Notes: a model not told the origin generated them from the sequence alone. 64,000 bases of DNA from Octopus sinensis (GCF_006345805.1 NC_043007.1:27280001-27344000), one strand, 5' to 3'. Numbered from the stretch's first letter, positions 30,357-43,584 are shown. Made by a program: numbers and translations.

Positions 30357-30398
30357 CCTGTATCACAGTGATTTCATACTTACGTAATCATCAGCAGG
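30357..30398 (-). ncRNA. Minimal type I hammerhead ribozyme, unit 1
   Basis: Minus strand: CCUG-CUGAUGA-U-UAC-GUAA-GUA-U-GAAA-UCAC-U-GUGA-UA^CAGG. Complete core, stem I, stem II with GNRA loop, near-palindromic stem III, AUA cleavage triplet. Confidence 0.85.
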
Positions 30399-30827
30399 CT
30401 GAATGTTTATAAATAAACAACGACCCTGCCTCGCTTAAGCCGATCAGCTAAAGATCAACATCAACGAAGCACATGGGTGAGTTATATATATATTACATCC
30501 GGGTAAATGGTTAACTTTTACGAATTGCATTTCGGGAGAGGAAAAGTTTTTCGGATAAAAATTTAGCAATAAGGACAACTACTTAATAAGGAAAAACTTA
30601 ACAGAAATTGTCAGGTAGATAGCGTAAAAACCTCATAAGAGAAAAATTTCGAAAATAATTATTTCTTATTGAACATATTAATTTATATATAGAGGGCATT
30701 AACATACATGCCAGGAGGCATTGTATATACATGCCAAACGCTAAGAGGGACATCAGTCAATTTTTACCAAAAATATTACTAATCCCACCGAATGCAATTT
30801 TTCAAAGTAAGACATTAAAAATATAGA

Positions 30828-30869
30828 CCTGTATCACAGTGATTTCATACTTACGTAATCATCAGCAGG
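30828..30869 (-). ncRNA. Minimal type I hammerhead ribozyme, unit 2
   Basis: Identical 42-nt motif to unit 1. Confidence 0.85.
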
Positions 30870-31300
30870 CCTGATGTATTAAAATAAACAACGACCTGCC
30901 TCGCTTAAGCCGATCAGCTAACTGATCAACATCAACGAAGCACATGGGTGAGTTTATATATATTACATCCGGGTAATGGTAAACTTTTACGAATTGCATT
31001 TCGGGAGAGGAAAAGTTTTTTCGGAATAAAAATTTAGCAATTAAGGACAACTACTTAATAAGGAAAAACTTAACAAGAAATTGTCAGGTAGATAGCGTAA
31101 AAACCTCATAAGAGAAAAAAATTTCGAAAATAATTATTTCTTATTGAACATATTAATTTATATATAGAGGGCATTATACATATGCCAGGAGGCATTGTAT
31201 ATACATGCCAAACGCTAGAGGGACAATCAGTCATTTCTACCAAAAATATTACGAATCCCACCGAATGCAATTTTTCAAAGTAAACATTTAAAAATATAGA

Positions 31301-31342
31301 CCTGTATCACAGTGATTTCATACTTACGTAATCATCAGCAGG
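31301..31342 (-). ncRNA. Minimal type I hammerhead ribozyme, unit 3
   Basis: Identical 42-nt motif. Stem I extends ACCUG/CAGGU. Confidence 0.85.
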
Positions 31343-32399
31343 TGAATGTATATATAAATAAACACGACCTGCCTCGCTTAAGCCAGATCAGCAACTGATC
31401 AACATCAACGAGCACATGGGTGAGTTTATATAATTACATCGGGTAAATGGTAAACTTTTACGAATTGCATTTCGGGAGAGGAAAAGTTTTTTCGAATAAA
31501 AATTTAGCAATTAAGGACAACACTTAATAAGAAAAACTTATCCAAGAAATTGTCAGGTAGATAGCGTAAAAACCTCATATATTATATCTATATAAATATA
31601 TATATATATATATATACATATATACATTTATATATACATTTATATACATATAAATATATAGTGAGTGTATGTGTGTGTTTCTGTGTTATGCACACACACG
31701 AACACACATATATATATACATCTACACACAAGTATATGTGTATATAGATGGGGGTGTATATATATATATATGTATATATATATATTATATATATATACAT
31801 ATTATATATATATAATTATATTATATATAATATGCATATTATATTATATAGATATAATCATCACACACACACATATATTTATATATATATATATATATTT
31901 AGCTGTCAGTATCTATGGAGTTCTGTTGATTCAGTTCGTGATAAGCATGTCACGGTTCAAAATTACCGTACCGTGTAATCCCGGATCAGTGCCGAATTAC
32001 ACACCGATAAGCGAGCATGCATGTATATATATACAGATGTGTGTAATGGCGCATTCTTAATATATATGTCAGTTTATCGATTTATGACTCGTATTATAGG
32101 AAAGTTTTCCACAAAGAAATAAGAGAAACACCTCCAGCCTGAGGCAATATATGAAGGGATGTTGACACAGCATTCTTCAGGTTTCTCTTACAATCAGTAT
32201 GTTAAGGGACTTATTCCAATTAAAATTTTCTCCTGATATCAACCTTATTTTTATGTTTGTGTATAAATAAACACAATCACCAGACACGCATAGATTCTGC
32301 CTAGGTATATATATATATATGTATGTGTGTGTGGTGTATGTGTGTGTGTGTATTTATAGAGATAGATAGATAATTACATAGATAAACACACAGAAAATA

Positions 32400-32516
32400 G
32401 ATATATAGATAGATAGATAGATAGATGGATAGATAGATAGGTAGATAGATAGATAGATAGATAGGTAGATAGATATGTAGATGGATGGCTAGATGGATAT
32501 ATAGATAATTAGATAC

Positions 32517-32612
<96 letters not shown>

Positions 32613-32613
32613 T

Positions 32614-32680
<67 letters not shown>
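32400..32680. repeat. (GATA)n microsatellite
   Basis: Seen directly. Confidence 0.95.
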
Positions 32681-32682
<2 letters not shown>

Positions 32683-32996
32683 ATGTTGAACTTGTGCGTT
32701 TGTGGGCATAGAATTATTCAAGATATGTGTGTGAATTTATGCGAATCTAAAGAATGTATAAAATACATGTATTGCAATGTACCTATCAATAGAATACGTT
32801 CACAAATAATCAACATCTATACTTGTGTGTATGTGAGGTTTTATTATTTCTTAAAGTGCAATATAAATCTCCTTGATTCTTCATACTGCGTACGGAATAA
32901 ATACATTTTGACTTGACTCCCTTTCATTGAATTCGATCCTTGTTTCGGTGGCTGAAAACTAAATTGTTCATGTTACGTTCGATATTTAGAATTGCG

Positions 32997-33379
32997 GCAT
33001 TCCGTCGGTTGCGACGACGCCGAGGGTTCCAGCTGATCCGATCAACGGAACAGCTTGCGCGTGAAATTAACGTGCAAGTGGCTGAGCACTCCACAGACAA
33101 TGTGTAACCTTAATGTAGCTATCGGGGAGATTCAGTGTGACACAGAGTGTGACAAGGCTGGCTCTTTAAAATACAGGTACAACAGAAACAGGAAGAAAGA
33201 GCGAGAGAAATCTGTGGTGAAAGAGTATAGCAGAGTTCGCCACAACCTCATACCGGAGCCTCGTGGGGCTTTAGGTGTTTTCGCTCAATAAACACTCACA
33301 AAACCCGATCTGGGAATCGATATCGCGGTCCCACGACAGCGAGTCCGCTGTCCTAACCACTGAGCCAATGCGCCTCCAC
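32997..33379 (-). mobile_element. SINE family A (tail type 2)
   Basis: Colinear with 33819-34199. Confidence 0.9.
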
Positions 33380-33818
33380 GATGTTTAGAATAAATAATTT
33401 CATACCAGTTTGAATCCAGCGAGTTTGGATAATGTAACAGTTGATCATATATGGCTTTACGTGTATTTTTATATGAGTTTGACCTACATTCGATTTTGCC
33501 ATAGTTTTCGCAAATGAAATTCCAGGATTTTAGTTCTTATTTCACTTCTCATAGAACTTGGCATGTTGCATCACCCTCAGCAACATTTGAATTAAAAGGA
33601 TTCGCCATCCAACCGTACCGCTTTAAGTCGCAGCAAATTATTTTTCTTCACGCATTTCAAGTTTATTGATGCGACAAATGAATTTTTTCAATCTACTGCT
33701 ACAGCTTCAACAGATTTAATTGTGTGCAATGACACAACCAGGTGAAAAACCGTTCTTTAAAATATTACAGAAAAAATGTTTGATTTCTTTTTCTTCAATA
33801 AATTAGAGAGAGAGAGAA

Positions 33819-34199
33819 GCACTCCGTCTGTTACGACGACGAGGGTTCCGGTTGATCCGAATCAACGGAACAGCCTGCTCGTGAAATTAACGTGTAAGTG
33901 GCTGAGCACTCCACAGACACGTGCACCCGTAACGTAGTTCTCGGGGATATTCAGCGTGACACAGAGAGTGACAAGGCCGGCCCTTTGAAATACAGGTACA
34001 ACAGAAACAGGAAGTAAGAGTGAGAGAAAGTTGTGGTGAAAGAGTACAGCAGGGATCACCACCATCTCCTGCCGGAGCCTCGTGGAGCTTTTAGGTGTTT
34101 TCGCTCAATAAACACTCACAACGCCCGGTCTGGGAATCGAAACCGCGATCCTATGACCGCGAGTCCGCTGCCCTAACCACTGGGCCATTGCGCCTCCAC
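33819..34199 (-). mobile_element. SINE family A (tail type 2), well preserved
   Basis: Head GTGGAGGCGCAATGGCCCAGTGGTTAGGGCAGCGG on the minus strand plus tail ..GGAACCCTCGTCGTCGTAACAGACGGAGTGC. Confidence 0.9.
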
Positions 34200-34837
34200 T
34201 CAATAAATTAAGAAACAACATGTTTCCAATTGGTGTTATATGGTCTCCCTGAAGCTACAAGTTAATTTCATTCAATTTCTTCTTGAAAATACTTGTCAAA
34301 TAATATGCTGAATCTAATTTTTTTCTAACTACTGGTAGAGGTTAACCTAAATTTCACTTTTCTGAAAGAGAAAAATCAGCGCATATGTTTCAACAAAACA
34401 TCTTCGTGATGCACTCACTTAGATCCAGGGATCTTTATGTGTCTAAGAGTAACTTGATAAAATCTCCATCATTATCTTGGCACAGCTTTAAAATAATTCT
34501 CTCAGTTTTTCGGTATTTGATTAGATATTATTTATAACCCTTGATTATAATAATAAAAAAAAAAACAGAATTGCATCGAAATGATTTTTGCATTTTTACT
34601 ATGCACCACAAAAGAGAAGCATAAACCAATTTGTAAAAAAAAGGTAAAGACACCCCTTCGGTCGTAAATGTTCATGGGGCTGCATCTAGAGTGATACCCT
34701 CGAAAGCATGATCGAGGAAGGTTGTTTATATTTCGGCCATCAACAATATCAAACGTAATAACTGATTGCATGATACATAAATACATACATATTTACATAT
34801 ATACATACATACATACATACATACATACATACATACA

Positions 34838-34989
34838 TCTCTCCTTGTTTTTTTCTGTGTCCCTTTCTGTAGAAGAGCGTAGGTTCGAAACGTAAAAGAC
34901 TTTTCTATTCCTGAGCGCTATACTAATACATCTGTTTCTTTTGTACACCACCTGTCTTCGTCTTTTGTTTTTTTTTCCTGAACTCTCCC

Positions 34990-34990
<1 letters not shown>
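34838..34990 (+). mobile_element. Family D repeat, copy 3 (HHR-like motif 34863-34898)
   Basis: CTTTCTGTAGAAGAGCGTAGGTTCGAAACGTAAAAG. Ends in (TA)n. Confidence 0.7.
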
Positions 34991-35030
<40 letters not shown>

Positions 35031-35731
35031 TATATATATATATATAACAATTTAATAAATAAAATATATGCATACATACATACATATATGTACGTACCAA
35101 CATCTATATGTATATATACATGCATATATATATATATATATATGAGTACAGGACACCATAAATAAACGTAGAACACATTGTTATTATATGACTGAGCGCC
35201 CTCGCGTCGTTTCGTTTCTTTCCTCCAAGTAAGTTTATATATATATGTATATATATATATACATATATATATATACAGGTGTAAAAAGGTTGAATTTAGA
35301 TTTGTCCTTTAATTTGGAGGATTCCAAAATAAAATTTCTAATCTTGATTCTTTACAATTTGCTGGTAATTTACAGGCGTTAATTTGCGAATATGAAAATA
35401 ATACTTGTATATGATGTGCTGTGAATTTATGGAAAGAAATCCCACCAGATCTCAACAATTTAGTGGAGAAGAGAAGTTGTTAAAATATATAGGAGAATTT
35501 TAATTCATGCAGACGATAGCTTCCTAGAGATATAACAATAATGCAAATTCGTGATTGAATTGAATGAAATTAAATTAATTGAATAAATTAATTATATATC
35601 AATGTACTCTTTAGTGCAAGAAGTAAAAACAGAATTTCTATAAAGAACTTGAGAATAGAAATAGCAGAATAGAATCTAGGTGATTCATATTTGTCATTAT
35701 GAGAAATAAAAATGTGAGTCCATGTAAGTAT

Positions 35732-35780
<49 letters not shown>

Positions 35781-36160
35781 CCAAAACCTTACTTTCTTTC
35801 AACGACAGACAACAATAATATCGTATGCCTTAATTCACTCTTTCTTAGATTGTCAAAACCTATTTTAAAAACACGAAATGTTTAGAAGACACACACTGAA
35901 ATCTGAATTAAAGGATCTGGGATCTCATCAATTTTAATGCAAATAGAGTCGATTATTTGCATATAACCACCGTCAAAATATCGTTACTTTCCATACAGTA
36001 ATTTCATGGAAAACAAAACGATGCGTACATAAAACGTTACCCTGCCTCAGACAGAAATGCAAAGGAAAATATGTGATCCTCGTCACCATATTTACCTATT
36101 GATTAATGTTGATAATACGAAACGCCTTATAGGGAAATCTTCTCTTTATTTATTTATATA

Positions 36161-36563
36161 CTCTTTTACTCTTTTACTTGTTCCAGTCATTTGTCTGCGG
36201 CCATGATGGAGCACCGCCTTTAATCGAGCAACTCGACCCCGGGACTTATTCTTTTTGTAAGCCCAGTACTTATTCTATCGGTCTCTTTTGCCGAACCGCT
36301 AAGTAACGTGGACATAAACACACCAGCATCGGTTGTCAAGCAATACTAGGGGGACAAACACAGACACACACACGCATATATACATAAATACATATATACG
36401 ACGGGCTTCTTTTCAGTTTCCGTCTACCAAATCCACTCACAAGGCTTTGGTCGGCCCGAGGCTATAGTAGAAGACACTTGCCCAAGGTGCCACGCAGTGG
36501 GACTGAACCCGGAACCATGTGGTTGGTAAACAAGCTACTTACCACACAGCCACTCCTGCGCCT
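36161..36563 (-). mobile_element. tRNA-derived SINE family B, full length
   Basis: Reverse complement of 62041-62533. Internal (TA/CA)n and (AGTAAAAG)n tail. Confidence 0.9.
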
Positions 36564-37684
36564 ATTTATTTACTGCAGATTTCTACATAAGTTTGGTTAT
36601 GCAGAGATTGTCTTTGTACTCTGTGGAGGCGTGAGTGCCTTCCAATTTAAACAATCCGGTTTGTTTTTTAGCACATTTTGTACGCCATGTTTTTCAACTC
36701 CTCTCAAATTACAAAACATGCAGTGTGTAGAGGAAATATGGCACAGGTGATAACGACATTTTTGAAATCCGTTACGAAAACCATTCTTTGCCGGCGTTAT
36801 AGGGAGGAACAATAAACGCTATATTTAACAAAAACTCGAATACAGCTTAAAGATCTCTTGGAATACACAAATTGATGCAAATTATTCATGTCATGTCATG
36901 CGGAGAAATGGCAAAATTTATATAATAAACACAAAATCTTATTTGATTATTTAAAAATGTAGTTCCAAATCTTATAATGCAAACACTTATAGAGAACTTT
37001 AATGAAATACTTAATCTTAATTAAATGTGTATTACTCTACCATTCCTCTTTGCGTGAATATACGGCATCGAGTACTCTATGCCTGCTATGTGGCAGTCTC
37101 TTTTATTGGAAACCGGAATTTCGTTTTTCTTTTACCACCATATGTCTATTTTGATATTTGATTCACTGAGAATTGGAGTGATAATTGTCGAGCAATAATG
37201 CTGAATATGTCTAGTGATAACAATCTTTTATACTTTTTGAAAAGCTTGTTTTGCGAGATTGTGATATCCTACAGCAGGAAATCGGGAGAACCCCTTGCTC
37301 AAATACGGTCTATATAACGACAATGTGGCAATTGGAAATTATCCCGTGGAAATATTTCATCTAATGAATACATCTAATGAATATTTGTAATAAAGTGAGC
37401 TTAAAAGTGTTTAACTCTATTGAACTGTGCAATTATTAAAAAATATAGTATCTCTAGTGGGGACCAAAATCTAAAAACAGAAAACAATAAATGAAATAAC
37501 TCGAATGAAATCCACTTAGTGGGCGCTGGGAAATTATTTTAAGTCAAATGTTGAGGTGGGTCGGAAAATTGTAAACCACGCGGAAAAGCAACTAAACTTA
37601 GATATTATAAGCCATCTTCAGGAAGGATACACTACACAAAGAAAGAACAAACTTGTCTATGTATATATATATATATATATATAA

Positions 37685-37724
<40 letters not shown>

Positions 37725-37757
37725 TATATATATACATATATAGCCATTCATATATAA

Positions 37758-37817
37758 GGCTCTGATGAAGCTGTAAGGTGTTACTCAAGCACTTAGATAT
37801 GGAAACAGCTGTAAGCT
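37758..37817 (+). ncRNA. Minimal type I hammerhead-like motif at the start of a Penelope-like relic (~37740-38370)
   Basis: GGCU-CUGAUGA-A..UAAGGUGUU-ACUC-AAGCACUUA..G-GAAA-CAGCUG-UA^AGCU. Palindromic stem III and GUA triplet. Base of stem II is poorly paired. Confidence 0.6.
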
Positions 37818-38389
37818 AATGACGTTATTAAGGCAATCATTTATTTATTTATCCTCTCTTTTTTCGTATATAAAGAAGTTCTGTACCGAGCCGTACTGTC
37901 GAGCAATTAAGCTACCGTGGCATGATGCCGTCTCTGCTGGTCGGGACACCTTATACTTATGCCTCAAACGCGCATACTCCGCCAACTACTGTTGCGGAAT
38001 TGCCCTCAGGTACCAGACTCCGCGAAGCTCCCAAATTTCGTGTGAGAGCCAGCTTAAGGTCACTCACCTCCGCTGCTCCATTCCCCCAAATACCTCGGAT
38101 CGGAGACAATCGCAACGACCACCCAAACAGAATTGACGGGAAATAACAGATGTCAAGGGGCAGATATCAAAGTTAGAGGACGCAATTAGCAACTCGCACT
38201 TCCACCTCCCCGCCAACCCTAATCTGCGATAAATGCCCACTCACTCCTCCATACCATCCTTGGCCTGAAAAGCCACCACAAACACCGGTACACTCCGACT
38301 CCATCGAGATAAAGAGACTCCCTAACTCGCTATAAATTTAATATAGGTACGCGAGATAATGCCAAAGACGACTATATATATATATATAT

Positions 38390-38519
38390 ACGACGGGCTT
38401 CTTTCAGTCTCCATCTACCAAATCCACTCACAAGGCTATAGTAAAAGACACTTACCGAAGGGGCCACGAAACCATGTGGTTGGTAAGCAAGCTACTTACC
38501 ACACAGCCACTCCTGCTCC

Positions 38520-38520
<1 letters not shown>
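38390..38520 (-). mobile_element. SINE family B, 5' half with deletions
   Basis: CGACGGGCTTCTTTCAGT..AAATCCACTCACAAGGCT..ACCACACAGCCACTCCTG. Confidence 0.8.
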
Positions 38521-38584
<64 letters not shown>

Positions 38585-41500
38585 GACGGTTTAGAGAGAG
38601 AGTACAGAGGCGGGAATGAAGTAACAGTGGTTATGAATATTGTGTAGACCATGGCTGTATTATTTATGAGATTTGGTGGTTTCTTTAACTCTATGTTAGA
38701 CATACAGACATTTTCCATTTTCTCTAATTTCATAACATGCTTCTTATATTCCGGCTTATGTAATTTCACAATTTAACTTAATTTTCAGTGAAATAGTGTC
38801 CTTCCTTGTTATTATGGTTTTCTGTATTTTGTTTTTCTCAATTCCACTAAATATATGAACGATTGTACAAATTCTATATACTAAAATCCTAGACTATTTT
38901 TTTCCTCAACGACTGTTATAAGCATTTATCTTCTTGTCTGGCTTTATTTGTATATTCCAAATAAACACAGTATCTTATCTTGATAACTTCAGCCTAATGT
39001 CTTCCGTTTTGGATATTTTCATTTCTTTTGTTTTTGTTTCTCTATTTGTTTTTGCCACATAATGTCAGTTGGAATACTTGCATCTTTGCAGCATTCGCAC
39101 CATTTACGATTACTCGGCATATGTTATTGCCATTTTGCAGCATACTCTTCAGCATAGGGATCAAGTCAGTCCATAAGCTACGAACGGAATAAGGGATCAA
39201 AAGTCAGATCCGTTTCTTTTCGATGAATCTGGATACCGACATTATTTTCCACTTAAGTTTAAACAGCTTCTTAAATAGAATGGGTGCGCTTAGAAAATAA
39301 TGCATCGTTGCTAATGACTACCGTTTAAAATATACCAAGTACAATTTTCAATTTCCGAGATTTCTGTCAATTTTCAATCTCCTTAGTTATTGAATTCAAT
39401 TAATTGGACCATGCATGGTCTATGGTAAGAAATTTTACTCCCAACCCGAGCGTATAAATCAGTGTGTTACTGTCTTGTTATGGCATGGTAGAGCAGGTGT
39501 GTCGCTTAGTGCATTATGCATTCGATTAGGATTGTAAAAGTGTGTGCATGATTCCCCGGCGGCGCATTTTGCTCTTGAGGAAGATACTTTAAATGTGTAT
39601 GTATGCATGTCATTATTTAGCTTATTTCAAGGTTACTTAACAATAGAGAAGAAGGTTTCTAACCTAGGTCCAAGGTTCCTTCATTAGAATTTCAACATCA
39701 ATAACGGAGTATTTTTATTCGTATGTATGAATGTATGTATGTAATTTTTTTTAAAAACGGAGAACAAACACAAGAAAAAACAACACGAGGGCGTGTTACA
39801 TGCAAAGTGTTAGCAGACGCTCACATGTTCGACGTTCAACACTTACACCTATGCAAAGGAAAACACATACATGAAAACGCTGGAAACAATAATATGAACA
39901 GAAATGACGACAGATGGAAGGAACGTATACATCGATTTTTTTTTGTTTTGTTCTGTTTTTTTTTTGTTTTTTTGCAAACGTTGTATATCACGTAGAGTAC
40001 CATCTGAAGTGATGTGGTTGATACGGTGAATATATATGTTTTATATGCATCACTAAATACCTATTAGCCACAACGATAATATGACTCTTTAATTCTCGAG
40101 TTGGAAGAAACCACGAATTATAGTCAGGTGTCATCAAAAGGTGCGGTGAGTTTGAACCCATTTATGGCCAAAATAGCTAACGCAATGAACCTACTTTATA
40201 AGTTTTGCTATTTCACTGATTTATGCTGATTATGTAATCATACAGATTCTATATAGGAAGTCTGCAGCTCTTTATATCAACACTTTCTGACGATTCTATT
40301 GAAGTGTTCGCAACCCAAATGCTGCAAATGCAAAACTCGTATATGTTCTATAATTATAGGTTCTATAATTAGAATCTGCCCCACTATTTTCAATAATAAT
40401 TTCTATGAAAAATATATTTCCACCCATTGCTTCACCAGTAACCAGCATTTCCAATCGTAATATACTAATTCCATACTTTCAGGCGTATTGCTTAGTCTTT
40501 GGTCGATTCCTTGAGAGAATATGTTGTGATCTTCATATATAAGTTGTGAATTACGTAACTGACAACGGAATGCTTTGGTTTATTTTCCATTCGGCCTCTC
40601 AGCAGAATATGTAACAGGAGAGCCCTATCACTCAGACAGTCCTATGACAATGATGCTATTTTCAACGATGTAGTGGTCGAATTATTTGGCCGATATAACT
40701 GGGTGTTGTTCAAGGTTATTGGAATAATCTGAGTATCTCGATTTCTCTATGATGCAATATCAATAACTTCCTTTTCTTTAAGGTTCCTTGTGCAAGTATT
40801 TTGTCTGGTTCGACTGCTTTTTGGTAAAGGGCTTCTTGCAACTAAAAAAATCAATTTGTGCGGATCGAGCATCTTAAATGTGCTTTTCAGACCCCGTCAC
40901 TTCTGGGTAGCTCGGTGCTATTTAAATGGGCATCTTTGTCACCCGAGAAGGTTATCAGTAGGAAAAACTAAAATTACCTCTGTAATATTTTACTCATCAA
41001 CTGATATCAGTATCCAGGTGTCAGGAACCACTGCACCAATGCTTCTAGTAGAAGATAAAAACATATACGTGGGTTATACATAACAACAACTTTCCGGAGA
41101 AAAATTTCTAAACAAAAAAAATGTATTTTGATAGTTTTTTTATAGATTTTATAATGCTGCCAAATTCTATTATATAACAAAACCAATCTTCTTTAGATTT
41201 CTGCTGAGATATTTTGTATATCTGAAACTTTTAGTTCTTTTACAATGAAGTAGTGTTAATTTTTGTTGCTTTTATCTTTATTCCTATTTATTTTTGAATT
41301 CCACAAAACATTGACGATTGCACAAATTCTGAACATCAAAATGTTTATTTTTTTATGAAAATTTCTGTTATAAGCATTCATCTTCCAGTCTCTGTTTGCA
41401 TTTTATTCCAGACAACAATAATATTTTATTTCTATTTCTTATCTTTGTAACTACAACCAGCTTTCTTCTCTCCTACCATATATATATCGTCAGTGGAATA

Positions 41501-42189
41501 TTTGCTTAGTTGCCGCATTCTCACCGTTTAAACTAACTGGCCAAAAGTTATTGTCTTGGGATATGCTGTTGGATCTAGATCAAGATGTTCAATACCACAT
41601 CACATAAACCTTTAATAAACCAACAGATTATGAGTTAGAATTGGTCGGCGTTTTGGTCACATGACACTAAAAACAAACGATGTATCTTTGTCAATAAATG
41701 ACATTAAAGCAGTTTCGATTCCAAGTTGCCCTTTTGATTAGAGAACTTTCTGTTAATATTCAATCTTATTAAATATTCTGTTGTATTAATAGAATATGAG
41801 ATAATTCATTTTTTTGGTTTTTTTATACGTGTATAAAGTCATAAATTAGTTTCGTTGTTTCTAGTAGTAAATCATTCTGTACGCCTATTGTGTGCACAGT
41901 TTCAATCTATATCTTTCTTACATTTCATTCCTTGTATATTTATTAAATTTATAATTATTAAATTCATAATTATAATCATTAAATATTTCTGGACTGTGCG
42001 ATTTTTAATTACGGTTATAAATGCTTAAATTTTTTGTAATTATTTTATATAAATATATTACGTTCTGTGGTTGACTTTGCCGTTCGTGCTTTCGGAGGTG
42101 GATAAATAAAGTACTATCTATGCAATGGGTTCGATGGAATCGACTTTAGTTCTCACCCGACAGTTCTAGCTTGTGCCTAATTTTGAAAC

Positions 42190-42206
42190 TATTATTGTTA
42201 TTATTA

Positions 42207-42260
<54 letters not shown>

Positions 42261-42268
42261 TATTATTA

Positions 42269-42312
<44 letters not shown>

Positions 42313-42344
42313 TATTATTATTATTATCATTATTATTATTATTA

Positions 42345-42419
<75 letters not shown>

Positions 42420-42436
42420 CATTATTATTATTATTA

Positions 42437-42504
<68 letters not shown>

Positions 42505-42512
42505 TATTATTA

Positions 42513-42556
<44 letters not shown>

Positions 42557-42618
42557 TATTATTATTATTATCATTATTATTATTATTATATTATTATTAT
42601 TATCATCATCATTATCAT
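42190..42618. repeat. (ATT)n microsatellite
   Basis: Seen directly. The poly-I/L/Y ORFs are artefacts. Confidence 0.95.
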
Positions 42619-42925
42619 TACCTTTGCCCAGCTTCTAACGCTGGAGATGCACTACGGTGTCAGCTGTTCTCTACTGCTAAATTAAGGTAACACGTCTTAA
42701 TTTTCGAGCACCTTTCGGAGGATTCGAGCGGTTCCAAGCAGTGATGTTTTCTGCAAGTGCTCCACCCTTCTTTCTTGCAGCCCCTATTCGTTCCACGTAC
42801 TTTTCGAGATTTTTGCTCACTCTTCAAAAGGGCTTCAACAATTATTTGTGCTACTTAAACTTTTTTCATCGACCACATCTGCTTAACTTCCCAAGCTAAC
42901 CTGTCATATCTCTCAACTTTTCATT
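42619..42925 (-). mobile_element. R4/Dong-like non-LTR retrotransposon 3' end inserted in (TAA)n
   Basis: Minus strand encodes ..DRLAWEVKQMWSMKKV.. and HLQKTSLLGTARILRKVLEN*, typical of the C-terminus of the restriction-like endonuclease domain. (TAA)n on both sides. Confidence 0.8.
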
Positions 42926-42935
42926 ACTATTATTG

Positions 42936-42984
<49 letters not shown>

Positions 42985-42985
<1 letters not shown>

Positions 42986-43540
42986 GAGTGAGAGAGCAGT
43001 GCATGCCATCAAAGTGACACTGGGGTAAAATATACGAAGCCCAATATACCCATCATGACTACCCGTCTGATAAAGGTACACCAGGCACATGCATCACAAC
43101 CATATGTGCGCGACATGGTGATCTCATATCAAGATAAACAGCACGTGACCTTGCAGGTGGGGCCCAGTTAGAATTTTCTTCAGGTTGAGTAGCCCATCCC
43201 GCTCAAAAGGTCCCTGAATAAGGGTTGTTTAAGGATGTTGAAAGAACCACCCATGTTTCCAGAGGTGAATTATTCAAACCTCCATGAATCCCTCTCAACA
43301 TATGGCTATGATGCTCCCCCACTACTTCTGCTCGTGATCAGAGATGCACATATCGTCAGCCCCTAAGGGACATGCTCAACTGGTTATGGTCAAACAACTG
43401 ACAAGCAAATCTGTGGTATTGAGCAGAATATTTGCTGTAGCCCATCTTTTATACCAAGACAAAACAATGTACATGATAACACTTCCAGTCAGTTAAGATC
43501 AGAAGCCATGAGAGCCACTGCCTGGTACTGCATCAGGGCA

Positions 43541-43541
<1 letters not shown>
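42985..43541. mobile_element. ~560-bp non-coding insertion in a (TAA)n tract, probably a non-autonomous element
   Basis: GC-richer complex block with sharp boundaries and (ATT)n on both sides. Family not identified. Confidence 0.5.

Positions 43542-43584
<43 letters not shown>

Larger units (their letters stand above)
30221..31579 (-). mobile_element. Tandem array of ~472-bp units (x ~2.9), each carrying a type I hammerhead ribozyme; retrozyme or Penelope pseudo-LTR-like non-autonomous retroelement
   Basis: Units start at 30221, 30692 and 31167 on the plus strand, are near-identical, non-coding and flanked by (TA)n. One HHR per unit on the minus strand. Confidence 0.85.

Noticed and set aside
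30221-31579. Tandem array as CRISPR or protein-coding repeat
   Set aside because: No repeat-spacer structure and the context is eukaryotic. The 62-aa ORF in unit 2 is broken by indels in the other units. Inter-unit indels may partly be sequencing error.
35350-35650. Possible Penelope RT relic (..HADDSF..)
   Set aside because: Only a short motif resemblance in AT-rich sequence with many stops. Needs a profile search.
40790-41083. 97-aa ORF, or a LINE endonuclease-like SAQIDFFL on the minus strand
   Set aside because: No continuous frame or additional motifs could be recognised.
42171-42685. Poly-L/I/Y ORFs resembling membrane proteins
   Set aside because: (ATT)n microsatellite.
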